64,000 nt of DNA, from the NCBI RefSeq assembly GCF_006345805.1, contig NC_043003.1, forward strand, positions 49,290,001 through 49,354,000, given 5' to 3'. The notes beneath the pieces are model-generated. The model was given only the letters and a program-made list of their open reading frames with translations. It did not search any database and had not been told where the DNA came from. This DNA comes from Octopus sinensis. Lineage: Eukaryota. Shown in pieces: positions 52,296-64,000 of the stretch (the first letter of the stretch is position 1; the number at the start of each line of letters is the position of its first letter). A program made the translations under genes and the position numbers.

Positions 52296-52368
52296 CGAAG
52301 TTTCGGCCTCCTCACCGTCGTCAGACTGTTTGATGACAGTGGGCAAGCCGAAACTGCGAAGTCACTGT
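52296..52368. ncRNA. 63-nt imperfect palindrome encoding hammerhead motifs on both strands
   Basis: Arms 52296-52326 and 52328-52358 (24/31 match). - strand: CTGACGA..GAAAC. + strand: TTGATGA..GAAAC-t-gcga-a-GTC-act. Confidence 0.6.
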
Positions 52369-52566
52369 CAACCTTTTCTTTGTAAAAGTTGATAATCTTT
52401 CAGCATCGAGTTTGTATTAAAATGATTTTATTCATTATTTATAAAAGCAAACATTAGCACACACACACACACATACACACACACATGGACTTCAAACACA
52501 CATGCATATATATGTGTATGTACATGTATGTATGTGTGTGTATATGTATATATGTGTCTTTGTGAA

Positions 52567-52845
52567 GGTGCATGGCTTAGTTGTTAGGGCATTACACTCA
52601 TGATTGCAAGATCCTGGTTTCGATTCCCAGACCGTATGTTGATTCGTCTTCTTGAGCAAAGCACTTCATTTCACATTGCTCTGCGATCATTTCGTCATCT
52701 GAAATGTGACACATGGTACACCTGTACAGGTAATATCGATTTGATGGCGGGAGTGAGCTTATACGAACACATAAATAAAAATCATTTGTGTGGTTTTTCA
52801 ACAAGAAATTGCCGAGCCCGCATACGTCATCTAACGACGGGAGAA
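52567..52845 (+). mobile_element. tRNA-headed SINE family E (CORE-like)
   Basis: tggcttagttgttag (A box), ggtttcgattccc (B box), ttcttgagcaaagcacttcatttcac. Confidence 0.7.
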
Positions 52846-52973
52846 TCTATGATATATATGTGTGTGCGTGTGTGTGTACATGTATGTATGTATGTATGTA
52901 TGTATGTATGTATGTATGTATGTATGTATGTATGTATGTACGTACGTACGTACGTACGTATCTATCTATCTAC

Positions 52974-53025
<52 letters not shown>

Positions 53026-53229
53026 ATACATGTGTGTGTGAAAAGTGAGGCATATAACAAAAACAATGCAAGGTTAAAGCCAAAAAGTTCCAAACTTGTT
53101 CAAATTTCAGCAGCCAAACTCTTAGAAGGCAGACCACTAGGAGTTGTTGCTGATTATCCCATAGCAGATTATTATATAATCATCAGTGACCTAGTTCTTG
53201 TTTCGTTATCGTGTGAGTCCTGGTTGTCC

Positions 53230-54510
53230 AGTAAACCTGAACTTTGGTTTTGAGATCTCAGCCCTTCGTTGCCCACCAATGGCATTTGTACGGGTAACGT
53301 TCTGTTCAGGTCGTACGCAATGTAACGTTCAAAATCTTGACAACCGTGTCCAGTAACCAGGGTGGTTCATCTCCAAAATTTCTCGCCAAAAATTTGGTGA
53401 TTCATGTTTCAAACAAGTGTTTTTCCCAGTTTCGGATCTCGTACCATGTGGTCAGTTGGGGTCTGATACTGCATCAGTTTAACTGTAAAGCATTTGATGC
53501 TAATTATAGACTTTCAGTCGAACTCCTTTTTTCGAGTAAAAGCCTCAAACATCTTCAGATAATTAAAAAGTTTTGCAACCGATTATTATATTCCTTTTGT
53601 GTTTCCTTTTTCTTTTGTTATTCAGTTCTACAAAACTCTTTTCTAAGCACTAATAATGGAGCTATGTCCATTTCAAAACTTCTAATCTAATCTTGACCTT
53701 TAAAGAAGAATCTTTTATATCAATCAATATCAATTTTAGTGTTTTTCTTGATAAATGGAATTTCACAAACCTATATCAGAGAAATTGCTTTGAAGCCTAG
53801 ACAAAAAGAAGCTTAATTTTGAAGAATTTCAATTCAGAATTGTCTGTTTTTGACCATTTTCTGGGTCCATTGACCATTCCTATACAGACGGCTGCTTCAG
53901 TAACACATTCGAATTCTTTTAGCAGTCCATTGACTTTCAATGCAATTTTAATGGGTTTGCCTTCGCAACATTTCCCATTACTAACAAACATCTCTCGGAT
54001 GTGGATATTTGCCCAATTTTTCTTTTAAAATTATATTTTTATTACTCTGCTGATATTGTCCATCCGTATTTTGATTTAATGTCAAAATTCAACCTTTCTA
54101 AAAATGAACATTTTATGGCAAAAATGGCATTTTATATTTCTCCTTGGATAATTTTAATTTGTATGATTTTTGCATTTATGGCAATTTAACCATAAATGCA
54201 AAATCCATAAATGCAATTTTTGGTTGGATATTTTATTCTTCCTCTGCACAACATCAATATCTGAATTTCCAGACAGAAGCTTTCCTCCTGGAAAATTCGA
54301 AGAGCTTTCAGAGGCCCTCTAAACTGCCAAAGCAATTTTCGCTGCCTTTTATAGTACCAGATCTCATTCTTTCAAAAATGACAGTTAAACACTTTTTTAT
54401 AGATGTGTTCGTGATTACTCTGTCTCTAATCATATAACACGTAACTCTGGATCCACAATCTATAGATTTAAGTTTTACTTCTGTCACAAAATCAGCAATA
54501 CTCAAATTAT
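53230..54510 (-). mobile_element. Highly degenerate Ty3/Gypsy LTR-retrotransposon relic (gag, protease, integrase C-terminus)
   Basis: SIADFVTEVKLKSIDC..MIRDRV (gag); PIKIALKVNG..ECVTEAAVCI (decayed DTGA protease motif); NRLQNFLI; ARNFGDEPPWLLDTVVKIL (integrase tail). Confidence 0.6.
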
Positions 54511-55617
54511 AGTCTTTCGAAATCAGTAATAATTATACATCTCAGTATTTCTTTTCTCCTCGAAAAGTGCCGTCAACTTTTCTATGATTACAAAAATGAA
54601 TATTTCAAATAATCTTTCAGCAAAATCAAAGTATTAGAAAATTTAATATTTTACTATGAGTTCCATTGATTAAATATATTAACTTGATTTCTTTACTTGC
54701 AGTTTTGTTGAGATTGAAATAAGTATCCACTCTGATCTCAAAATCTTTCCAAAAATCTTTAACGCTCATAGCAGTGCGTAAGAACTTGCTTTCCTTTGCA
54801 AAATAATCTGAACTTATTTAACTAGATATTCCACCAGTCGTTGTCATATTATAATAATGCAACTTACAAACGTCACTAAGTAAAAATCGTTGTAAAATCT
54901 GGAAAAAATCAAATATTCTTCTTCGCCAAGTTTTGCGAAAAATTATTTACCGCTACATTCAAAATAATGATAAAAAAAAAAGAGAGAAATGTTTTCGTTG
55001 CCACTGCCTTCTTATCTTTTTCACGGGCAATCTCATCTTTGTTGTCGTTGCTTTATTGTCTCTATTTCTTGGTCCTGGTGTAATCTGTAATGTAGGAAAG
55101 ATAATAATAATAATATCTACAATGACTGCCAGAAAAACGTTATATTATAATGGGAAGGAAGGCTGAGCTTCAATGGGTGACATCACGGAACACGACTCAG
55201 CCTTTTAGAAAACAGTTACTGTATGCGTGTGCGTGTGAGTGAATAGTGCATACATATATGTGTGTGTGTATGTGTGTGTGTGTAGGTAACCATTATTTGC
55301 ATACTGCATCTTTATACTTATAATAAAAACAATATCGCATTAAAATGGACGCTCACAAGGCACGTTTGAGGGAAACACGAAGTAAATTTTATAGACTTTC
55401 TATAACTAAGGATCTGCAAACTGCGGTCTGCAGGAAACATAAATATATTCACTGTGAAAGCCTTTTGAGTCACTTTTAAGCGCCCATGCACACATATATA
55501 CACGCAAAGCGACCCAAAACATATAAATGTTTATACATGTACGCGTATTTGTGTGTGTGTATGCGCATTTGTACGTATGTTATACAAGTACAGTCGTAAT
55601 TAATGCTGGTTTCACAA

Positions 55618-55815
55618 TTTGGCACACGGTCAATTTCGTGGGAAGCAGTAAGTAGATTACATCGACCTTAGTTTCCAGCTGGTACTTATTTTAACGACCA
55701 CGAAAGTATGAAAGACAAAGTCGATCTCGTCAGAATTTGAACTCAGAACATGGCGACGGATGAAATGCCGTTAAGCCTTTTTGTCCGGGCGCTAAGGATT
55801 CTGTCATTTCATCGC
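55618..55815 (-). mobile_element. SINE family A (a second head on + at 55845-55913)
   Basis: gattacatcgacc..ctggtacttatttt..gaaagacaaagtcgat..aatttgaactcagaac. Confidence 0.75.
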
Positions 55816-55916
55816 CTTGTAATCGCAATTAATATTAAGAAAAAGATGAAAACCATTAGCAACCTGAGAAAAATGCTTAGCGGTATTTTGTCCGTCTTTA
55901 TGTTCGATACGCGGCA

Positions 55917-56424
55917 TGGGTACAATTTCAGCGATTTGCGAAGAGCAGAATGGCAGCTGCCAACAGATAATCCAGTTTCATGAGACAAACGTCGCACAGA
56001 TTTCCCGGGATTGCGAAGAATTCGTTGACAGATATCTTCCACAACATCATCAGCAAGGCGGGTACGTCGGCGAACGTGTTTCTTGACCTCAACTGAGCCC
56101 GTCTTCCAAAACTTTTTAATCAGATCATTAATCGCTTACTTTGTTAGCGGTGGTACATTTGGATATTCGCTCTTAAAATCGGTAACGCAATTGTCAAAAG
56201 AGTAAATCCATCGCCCGATGATAAAACGTCCTGGATCTAAAATAAGATTCCACAATAAATGAACGTTGTTGTACTGACAACACCATTACGACTCTAGAAG
56301 AAATCTAGAATGAATGTGTTACACTTGTAAAAGGCTAAAATCAATTTGGCATAGCGAGCCAATCAGAGAGAGCCAATATTTTGACAGTTAATCAATCGAT
56401 TCGATTTTTAAATTGAACACTCTA
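55917..56424 (-). mobile_element. Tc1/mariner-superfamily transposon, 5' portion
   Basis: TA+tagagtgttcaattt terminus, CCAAT boxes, then F..EYPNVPP..INDLIKKFWKTGSV..RILRNPGKSVRRLSHETGLSVGSCHSALRKSLKLYP (paired-like HTH region). Confidence 0.7.
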
Positions 56425-57163
56425 TAGAGCAGGTACAAGATTACCTTCCTCACGTTGAAAGTAAATATTACACGTAACTCTTTTAGATCCACGTTTGTGA
56501 GTTCAGTTCCAAATCAAATTATATAAAATGTGATAAAAACATAATTGCTGCTTTCACTCTGTCATTACAGGCAGAGGAATGTACGCTTTGCGTTACTGAG
56601 TTAATTTTAAAGACATTATTATATTTCATGTGAATATATAGAAAAATAACGAATCACACACACACAGATGTATGTATGTATGTATACGAGTATATATATT
56701 TTTTATTCTTTTACTTGTTTCAGTCATATATATATAAAATGGTCGGGTAAGGTATAACTATTTATTCTTTATATCGATCTAATTCCGAACGCGCGTACGT
56801 GGGTAACCTAATATCGATTAATTTTTGTTATTTTTTCCTTTTGCCTGCGTGGATTGTTTTCAGGTACTTTGGTTTTTCTGGGAGCCCCTTTTAAAGTAGA
56901 AGGAATAGCTAAGATTTTTTGACTGCTATTTCTAAGCTTCGGTATGTGGTGAAGCGAATCGTTGCTGAACCGTAATTATAAAGTATAGATATCTAATTTT
57001 TAGTACTGTTGCCCACTGTGTTCTCCCAGTACTAAGTAACTGACTATGAAAGTGGAAGCACTCCAGAAGTCAATAACAAGGAAGATAGACAGCATGAGAG
57101 GTATTGACTACTGGGGTCGACTAAAAAACTCAATCCCAACTCTCTCAAACATGGCCGTGAGGT

Positions 57164-57545
57164 TACATCATTTGTGTGATGTGGAAAATATTCCATCAAT
57201 ATTGCACAAATGATGTTGACATCAATTTTAAAATCCATCCAAGTCTTGGCCCCCGTGCTATCAGCCCACTACAACTATCGAACTCAGGGCACATAACAAC
57301 ATTACGTCACAACTACTTTACCTCACCCAGTCCAGCTCTCTTTAGTACTATACCAAAATACGTCAAAACGGAAACAGGTTCCATAAAATTCTAAATTTCA
57401 CTGGACAAATTTCTTCAAAATATCCCAGACCAACCTCCTACACCCGGATATATCTCCAACAATAATAACTCTTTGCTAGACTTAAAGACTTCACCAGGTG
57501 GTGGTATTAAATTAGACATGGCCTGGGCCTATACTGCTAAAAACC
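57164..57545 (+). mobile_element. CR1-like LINE, extreme 3' end
   Basis: YIICVMWKIFHQYCTNDV..HPSLGPRA..ITTLRHNYFT..PALFSTIPK..SLDKFLQNIPDQPPTPGYIS.NNNSLLD. Confidence 0.75.
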
Positions 57546-57595
57546 TATCAAAGCCAATATATATATATATACTATATATATATAATATATATATA

Positions 57596-57970
57596 GGCGC
57601 AGGAGTGGGTGAGTGGTAAGTAGCTTGCTTACGAACCACATGGTTTCATGTTCAGCCGCACAGTGTGACACCTTGGGTGTATTCTACTATAGCCTCGAGC
57701 AGAACAAAGCCTTGTGAGTGAATTTGGTGGAGGGAAACTGAAAAAATCCCGTCGTATATATGTATGTGTGTGTGTGCGTGTGTGTTTGTCCCTGCAACAT
57801 CGCTTGACAACCGATGCTGCTGTGTTTACGTCCCCGTAACTTAGAGGTTAGGCAAAAAGACCGATAGAATAAGTTCTAGGTTTACAGAGAATAATTACAA
57901 AGTCCTGGGGTCCATTTGTTCGACTAAAGGCGGTGCTCCAGCATGACAGGAACAAGTAAAAGTATAAAAG
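57596..57970 (+). mobile_element. SINE family B, full length
   Basis: ggcgcaggagtgggtgagtggtaagtagcttgc..ggcggtgctccagcatg..aacaagtaaaagtataaaaga. Confidence 0.85.
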
Positions 57971-58010
57971 AATATCTACGTGTGCATGTATGTGTGCGCG
58001 CGCGTGTGTA

Positions 58011-58042
<32 letters not shown>

Positions 58043-58081
58043 TGTCTTTGTACATATATATATGTATATATATTCATGTAG

Positions 58082-58119
<38 letters not shown>

Positions 58120-58130
58120 TGTGTGTGTGT

Positions 58131-58162
58131 GTACATAGATAGATACACACACGAACATATGC

Positions 58163-58203
<41 letters not shown>

Positions 58204-58275
58204 ATATATATGTATATGTATGTATATTATGCGTATGTATGATTATATGTGTGTGTGTGTGTGGTGTGTGTGTGT

Positions 58276-58306
<31 letters not shown>

Positions 58307-58364
58307 GGTGTGTGTGTGTGTGTGTGTGTACATAGATAGATACACACACGAACATATGCATTTA

Positions 58365-58416
<52 letters not shown>

Positions 58417-58460
58417 GTATGTATATTATGCGTATGTATGATTATATGTGTGTGTGTGTG
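58131..58460. repeat. Short tandem duplication (period ~197) inside (TG)/(TA) microsatellites
   Basis: gtacatagatagatacacacacgaacatatgcattt..tatgcgtatgtatgattatatgtg at 58131 and 58328. Confidence 0.85.
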
Positions 58461-58466
58461 TGTGTG

Positions 58467-58499
<33 letters not shown>

Positions 58500-58545
58500 T
58501 GTGTGTGTGTATCACAAGGAGAGACACATGACTATACAGCGAAAT

Positions 58546-58763
58546 AAGGCGTCGAGCTGGCAGAAACGTGAGCGCGCCGGGCGAAATGCCTAGCGGTATT
58601 TCGTTTGTCTTTACGTTCTGAGTTCAAATTCCGCCGTGGTCGACTTTGCCTTTCATCATTTCGGGGTCGATAAATTAAGTACCTGTTGCGTACTGGGGGT
58701 CGATCTAATCGACTGATACCTTTCCCCAAAAATTTCGGGCCTTGTGCCTAGAGTAGAAAAGAA
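58546..58763 (+). mobile_element. SINE family A, full length with TSD
   Basis: Complete head, body and tail; TSD tatacag(c/a)gaaat at 58533-58545 and 58764-58776. Confidence 0.9.
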
Positions 58764-59337
58764 TATACAGAGAAATTACGAAATGACATCCACACAATGG
58801 ACGCGGACATACTCCCTCCTTCAACAGTTGTCGACCAAATACAATCATAATTTTTTACATTTTCCAACAGTATCATTCAAATTGGAGATGTCAGCAACAT
58901 GGGCTGCTGGCATATAAATGAGTGGACATGATAGACGAACACTAATAGAGGTAAAAAATTAAAAAATGAGACAAATACAAGAGGGAGAAAAGATGTGGTG
59001 TCTAATATATAAAATCGAGTTATGCGGAAAACGGGAGAAAAAATATAAGGAAATAAATAAACAAGGACAGTAAGAGGAAAAAAAAAAAAAACGACACAGA
59101 AAGATATTTATGTGTGTGTGTATGTGTGTGGCGTGTTTGTTTATGCGTGTGTATCTGTGTGATGTGTGTTTCTGTGTGTGTACGTGTGGGTGTATAATGT
59201 ACTTGGTTGTAAATATTTTTGTTTTCACATAACTGTCTCTCAACGATAAGGTATTTTCTTAATTTACTATATTAATGCCTGTAGCCTACCCACCCTCTGT
59301 TACACACGGTACGTGCCTCATACTAAAATGCAGAGAG

Positions 59338-60063
59338 AACCATACATACATACATACATACATGCATACATACATACATAGATACTGACATGCATGCATA
59401 CACACTTACATACATACATGCATACATATATGCATATATGTTTCCATAAGCATGAATACACATGCATACATACATACATGCATACATACATACATACATA
59501 AATACATACATAAATACATATATACATACACACACATATATATACATAAATACTCACACATCCATAAAAGCATGCATACATACACGCACATACATATACA
59601 TACAAACATATGTAACATACTACATGCATACATACACATACATACACATATATAAATACATATACACACAAACGCATACATACACACATACATAGATAAA
59701 TACATACGCACACAAACATACATGTATGCATACATACATACATACATACGTACATACATACATACATACATACATACATACATACATACATACATGCATA
59801 CATACATACATACATACCGAAAGGTGCATACAGAAAAGTATTCACAATACCAGTACATTGTCATACTCACAAATAGTATTCTATATCTATGCATCTAAGC
59901 TGTTGGCTTACCAATATTTTCACTGCTGCCGTGATAAAATAATTGATTCTATTTTCCAGAGTGCAAAAGTATTACGTTCCACAATATTAAGTTTCATAAT
60001 CGCTATTTTTTTTCTCCCTTTAATAAATACATACATCCTATCATACATACATACATACATACA

Positions 60064-60122
<59 letters not shown>

Positions 60123-60394
60123 CGAATGTACAGACGTATATACATACACACACAAATACGCACATACACTCACACCTTTCTTTGGGTGCACGCCGGCGAG
60201 TCTATCTGTATTAAACACACACACACACGCTTACACACACACAAACACACACACACACACACACCACACACACACACACTTGCTCTCTTAAACACGTACA
60301 CCTCCACTGACAAGTGCACAGACTGACGCTTACACACCACTAATACGCATATATTTCTTCACGACTGCAAATACATACACATACAAAATTCATG

Positions 60395-60425
<31 letters not shown>
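59338..60425. repeat. Degenerate (TACA)n/(CA)n microsatellite field
   Basis: Direct reading; this explains the MYVC/HTYI ORFs. Confidence 0.9.
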
Positions 60426-60429
<4 letters not shown>

Positions 60430-60584
60430 TCATCAAAAATGTCATCAAGGAACTGCCTCTCGATGCGGCTTAATCGAACAGTAAAATCATGCAAGACTTT
60501 TCTCCAGTTTAAAATTTGATATTGCTTTTGTTATTTACATTCCAACGATATAGCTTTGAGTCATTGTTAGAATTCAGCTCCTTC

Positions 60585-61481
60585 GGATCTATTCCATCTC
60601 AATCGCAGATTTTTTAATTAATTTTATTTTTAACTAAACTGTTTGAAACTTCGAATACTGGTAGAATTTCTCACGTGGGACACGGTTTACTCTGAACGCT
60701 TTGTACTAAATTTCATATTTTAGAAGCTATTTCGTATTAAAGTTGTCGCATTTGGTTAATTTCAACCAATCAACGACGTGTTTTCGGTTGAAGAAAGCTA
60801 CTGGAACAACTTCCGGGTCATCTCTACTAAATGTCACCACTCTGTTCGAAGAATCAACACCATAGAGCAACGAGACCGTAGCTAGCTTTTTTTGTTTTTG
60901 ACATTTATGTAGTTTCAAAATTTTACAATTATGAGATGTATTCTTATTGTATGATTGTATCTTACAATAATCAACAACAAACACATTTCGTCAATATAAA
61001 AGTTTTTATTTGTTAAAGAAAATAACATAATGAAAGCACGAAGGTAAAACAAAGCAAATAGCGCTTATACACCGGAAATAGGTAATTGTAGTGGCAGTGA
61101 CAAGTTCACTCGCTGGTTGCTAGTTGATAGTGTAGAAGTGAAGGAAAGAGTAAGGAATGCACGGTGCTGACTAGAAAGGAAGAAAGGATAAAGGTGACAT
61201 CGTCTTCACTCACAGTACGAATAGAACATACTGGTAAAATTTGGTAGAGATGACCCGGAAGTTGTTCCTCTTCGATTACTATCGCAAACGCCTTAGCTTT
61301 CTTCAACCGAATACACGTTGTTGATTGTTGAAATTACCCAAATACGACAACTTTAGCACGAAGTAACTTCTAAAATATCAAATTGTGTCCAAAACGTTCA
61401 AGTTTCAAACTGTTTAGTTTAAAAAAAAATTAATTTAAAAAAAATTAATTAAAACATCTGTTATTGAGATGGAATAGATCC
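60585..61481. mobile_element. Fold-back/MITE-like element: ~250-bp imperfect inverted repeats with a ~400-bp spacer
   Basis: 60585-60832 against the reverse complement of 61239-61481; shared blocks ggatctattccatctcaat, aactaaac.gtttgaaactt, ttcggttgaagaaagcta, ggaacaacttccgggtcatctctac.aaat. Confidence 0.7.
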
Positions 61482-61525
61482 ACTCCTTCTTTAGAGGAAG
61501 AACTTAAATAATTAGAAACAGAAGA

Positions 61526-61566
<41 letters not shown>

Positions 61567-62416
61567 TACATACATACACACATACACACACATATACATA
61601 CACACACAAAAACACACAAACATAGACACAGAGACAAACATACAGATAGACAGACACTGACTCGGACACACAGACACACACACAGACTCGAACACACAGA
61701 CATACACGCACACACACAAGCATATATTTATATATACATATTATTACGTGCACTTATGCAAATGTATATATAGCTATATCTACCGCTATATCTATCAATC
61801 TGTCAAACGACGTGTGTGTGTGCGCGTGGGTTTGTGTGTGTATATGTGCTGGTGTATGTATGTGTCTGTGTGTGTCTGTGTGTGTTGTGTGTGTGTGCGT
61901 GCAAAATCTGTGCATTAGTTTACAATCCCATAGAATTGTTTCGATCATCTTGATGTCTTCGAAACGAATTAAAAAAATCTTGTGCGTGCATTCATAAAAT
62001 CATTTTGAATGAAGGAGGGAAGAAAATAAATCAATAAATTTCAAAAAATTAAGATGGAATATTTGATGATACAATTAGTAGGTTAATTTAAAATTGTAGC
62101 ACTTTAAGTCCTAAGCCAGAGTTTAAAAGACAAACTGTTTAATGTTGGTCATTAGATATAATAAGAATTAAGGGACAGAAAAGAATTTGAGGGCTGCCTG
62201 TTGTCCATTCCATAGAAGTCATCAACAGAAATACGCTGAAAATAATTATTGAAAAACGGCGAAGTTTAGAATTACTCCTGCGTTGAGAAAAATAGTTCTT
62301 TAACAGAATATTATAATCCAATGGTGGATTTTTGTATCTTTGTTAGAAACCAGCTCCTTCTTCAGAGGAAGAACTTAATTAAAATCAGAAGAGAACACAC
62401 ACATACACCCACATCT

Positions 62417-62473
<57 letters not shown>

Positions 62474-63592
62474 ATCTATCTACTTATATCTATATATATA
62501 TTATTGAAAAACAGTGAAGTTTAAAACTAGTGAGACGCGAAAAAATCTTGTATAAAAAATGTGCATTGAGTAAAAATAGAGAAGGAAACAACGAAATGAT
62601 TAGTCCAGGTATTCAGTAACATAGATTGAAAGTATCAGAGAGTGAGTATTCTGGCGTTATCTAAATGGGATTAAGCAGGCACAAAACAGAGGGAAATATT
62701 TCAGAGGGTGACATATCACTTTGGGCTTCTGAAACAAAATACTCTAGTGAAAGAATAGAGTGTGGATATTGCATTGAGAAGAGCCGAACGCAAACAGGTC
62801 TAGATAACAAAAACGACAGTAGGTTGAGTATAGAGCCATTAACGTTCACAAAATAAGCTTAAATGTTTCCATAAACAATTTAGCCACAAAAGAATAATAA
62901 ATAAATAGTTAAGAATTCCGAATCAGTCAACTAATAAACAAATCTTTTATAATATTTTATAACAAATTTTATAACATTTTACAATGAATCTCTGTATAGA
63001 AGTGATTTCAATTAAAAAGATTAAACACTTAGAAGAACCAAACAGATCAGGTAACCATAGAATTAAAAACAGATATCGGAAAATAAATATTGGTTTAATT
63101 CTGTTTAAAGTAACAGTTGTCACATTCATAGCAAAGTTTTTCTTTAAACTACTAAAAAAAAAGAAAAAAATTCGCAGGACAGTATAATTATTACCAAACT
63201 CACACTACCTTCAAACGCTGTAAACTAACACCGACCTAATTATTGTAATTAACTCTTGACCCATAACTTACTGTTGTTGTGCGAAAATTATTGCTTACCA
63301 ATGTTCAGAACGCATCAATCATTCTACCGACTTATGCATTAGACTTTTAATCTATTCAACTTTTCAGTTAACATACCTATACATTCCAAAAGCCACTCAT
63401 TTCGATGTCCAGCTACATCTGCAAGACGAAGAGTGAAGAAAGATTACTACATGATATTGAAAAACGTTATCTAAGACGAGTTCATACTCTGGTAGAAATG
63501 GATGCTGCAACCTCTGCACTGCCGAAAGCATACAAATACTTTTTCACCAACTATCGCTCCCCTCAACAAGCATTCAGAGGATATTTCGTATG

Positions 63593-63775
63593 GTATAGGG
63601 TAAAGACACCCTTCGGTCATGAATGATCATGGAATTGCACCTAGAAAGTCCCACCACCACAAGGCACAAGTGCGGGCAAGGTTGTTTCCATAAACAGAAG
63701 TCACCCATGTATACCAGCCTCTCCCTCTCCACGCCACCGATGTTGTTCAAGGGAAAGGCAAAGGCCGATACGTGT
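63593..63775 (-). mobile_element. SINE 3' half
   Basis: Reverse strand: atcggcctttgcctttcccttg..ggcgtggagaggg..aaacaaccttgccc..ctttctaggtgcaa..cattcatgaccgaaggg.tctttaccct; non-coding, SINE-like tail. Confidence 0.6.
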
Positions 63776-63811
63776 GCCTTCATTAAAAATTTTAAGCATT
63801 ACCAACCTTTA

Positions 63812-64000
63812 AGGTGAGCTGGCAGAAACGTTAGCACGCCGGGCGAAATGCCTAGCGGTATTTCGTCTGCCGTTACGTTGTGAGTTCAAATTCCGCCGAG
63901 GTCGACTTTGCCTTTCATCCTTTCGGGGTCGATAAATTAAGTACCAGTTACGCACTGGGGTCGATGTAATTGACTAAATCCGTTTGTCTGTCCTTGTTTG
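63812..64000 (+). mobile_element. SINE family A, young-looking copy running off the window edge
   Basis: A-box-like tggcagaaacgttag, B box gagttcaaattcc, body gactttgcctttcatcctttcggggtcgataaattaagtaccag. Confidence 0.9.

Overview
Eukaryotic, AT-rich, extremely microsatellite-rich genomic DNA with no host protein-coding gene that I can support. The SINE families, including tRNA-headed CORE-like elements with (TAAAAGA)n tails, look like octopus/cephalopod repeats; this assignment is an inference. Transposons: one full-length but disabled ~6.3-kb L1/Tx1-clade LINE sitting inside a (TCTA)n array, several Penelope-like element (PLE) fragments, two RLE-type (R4/Dong-like) non-LTR fragments, CR1/L2 3' ends, an Hsmar1-like mariner with both TIRs, two other Tc1/mariner relics, a deleted Ty3/Gypsy relic, Helitron-like non-autonomous elements and about 30 SINE copies or fragments. 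The most interesting signal is a set of hammerhead-ribozyme (HHR) motifs. The best is an apparently intact minimal type I HHR with a compensatory U3:A8 core (42376-42414). It lies in a non-coding 353-nt terminally redundant unit whose adjacent inverted copy spans the monomer junction, which is a retrozyme-like architecture. There is also a family of head-to-head, both-strand HHR palindromes (1128-1205, 52296-52368, half copy at 16101-16143) and an HHR with a 92-nt stem II extension (15332-15458). A perfect 170-bp fold-back palindrome interrupts ORF1 of the Tx1 LINE. Coordinates were counted by eye; repeat boundaries are approximate to a few bases.
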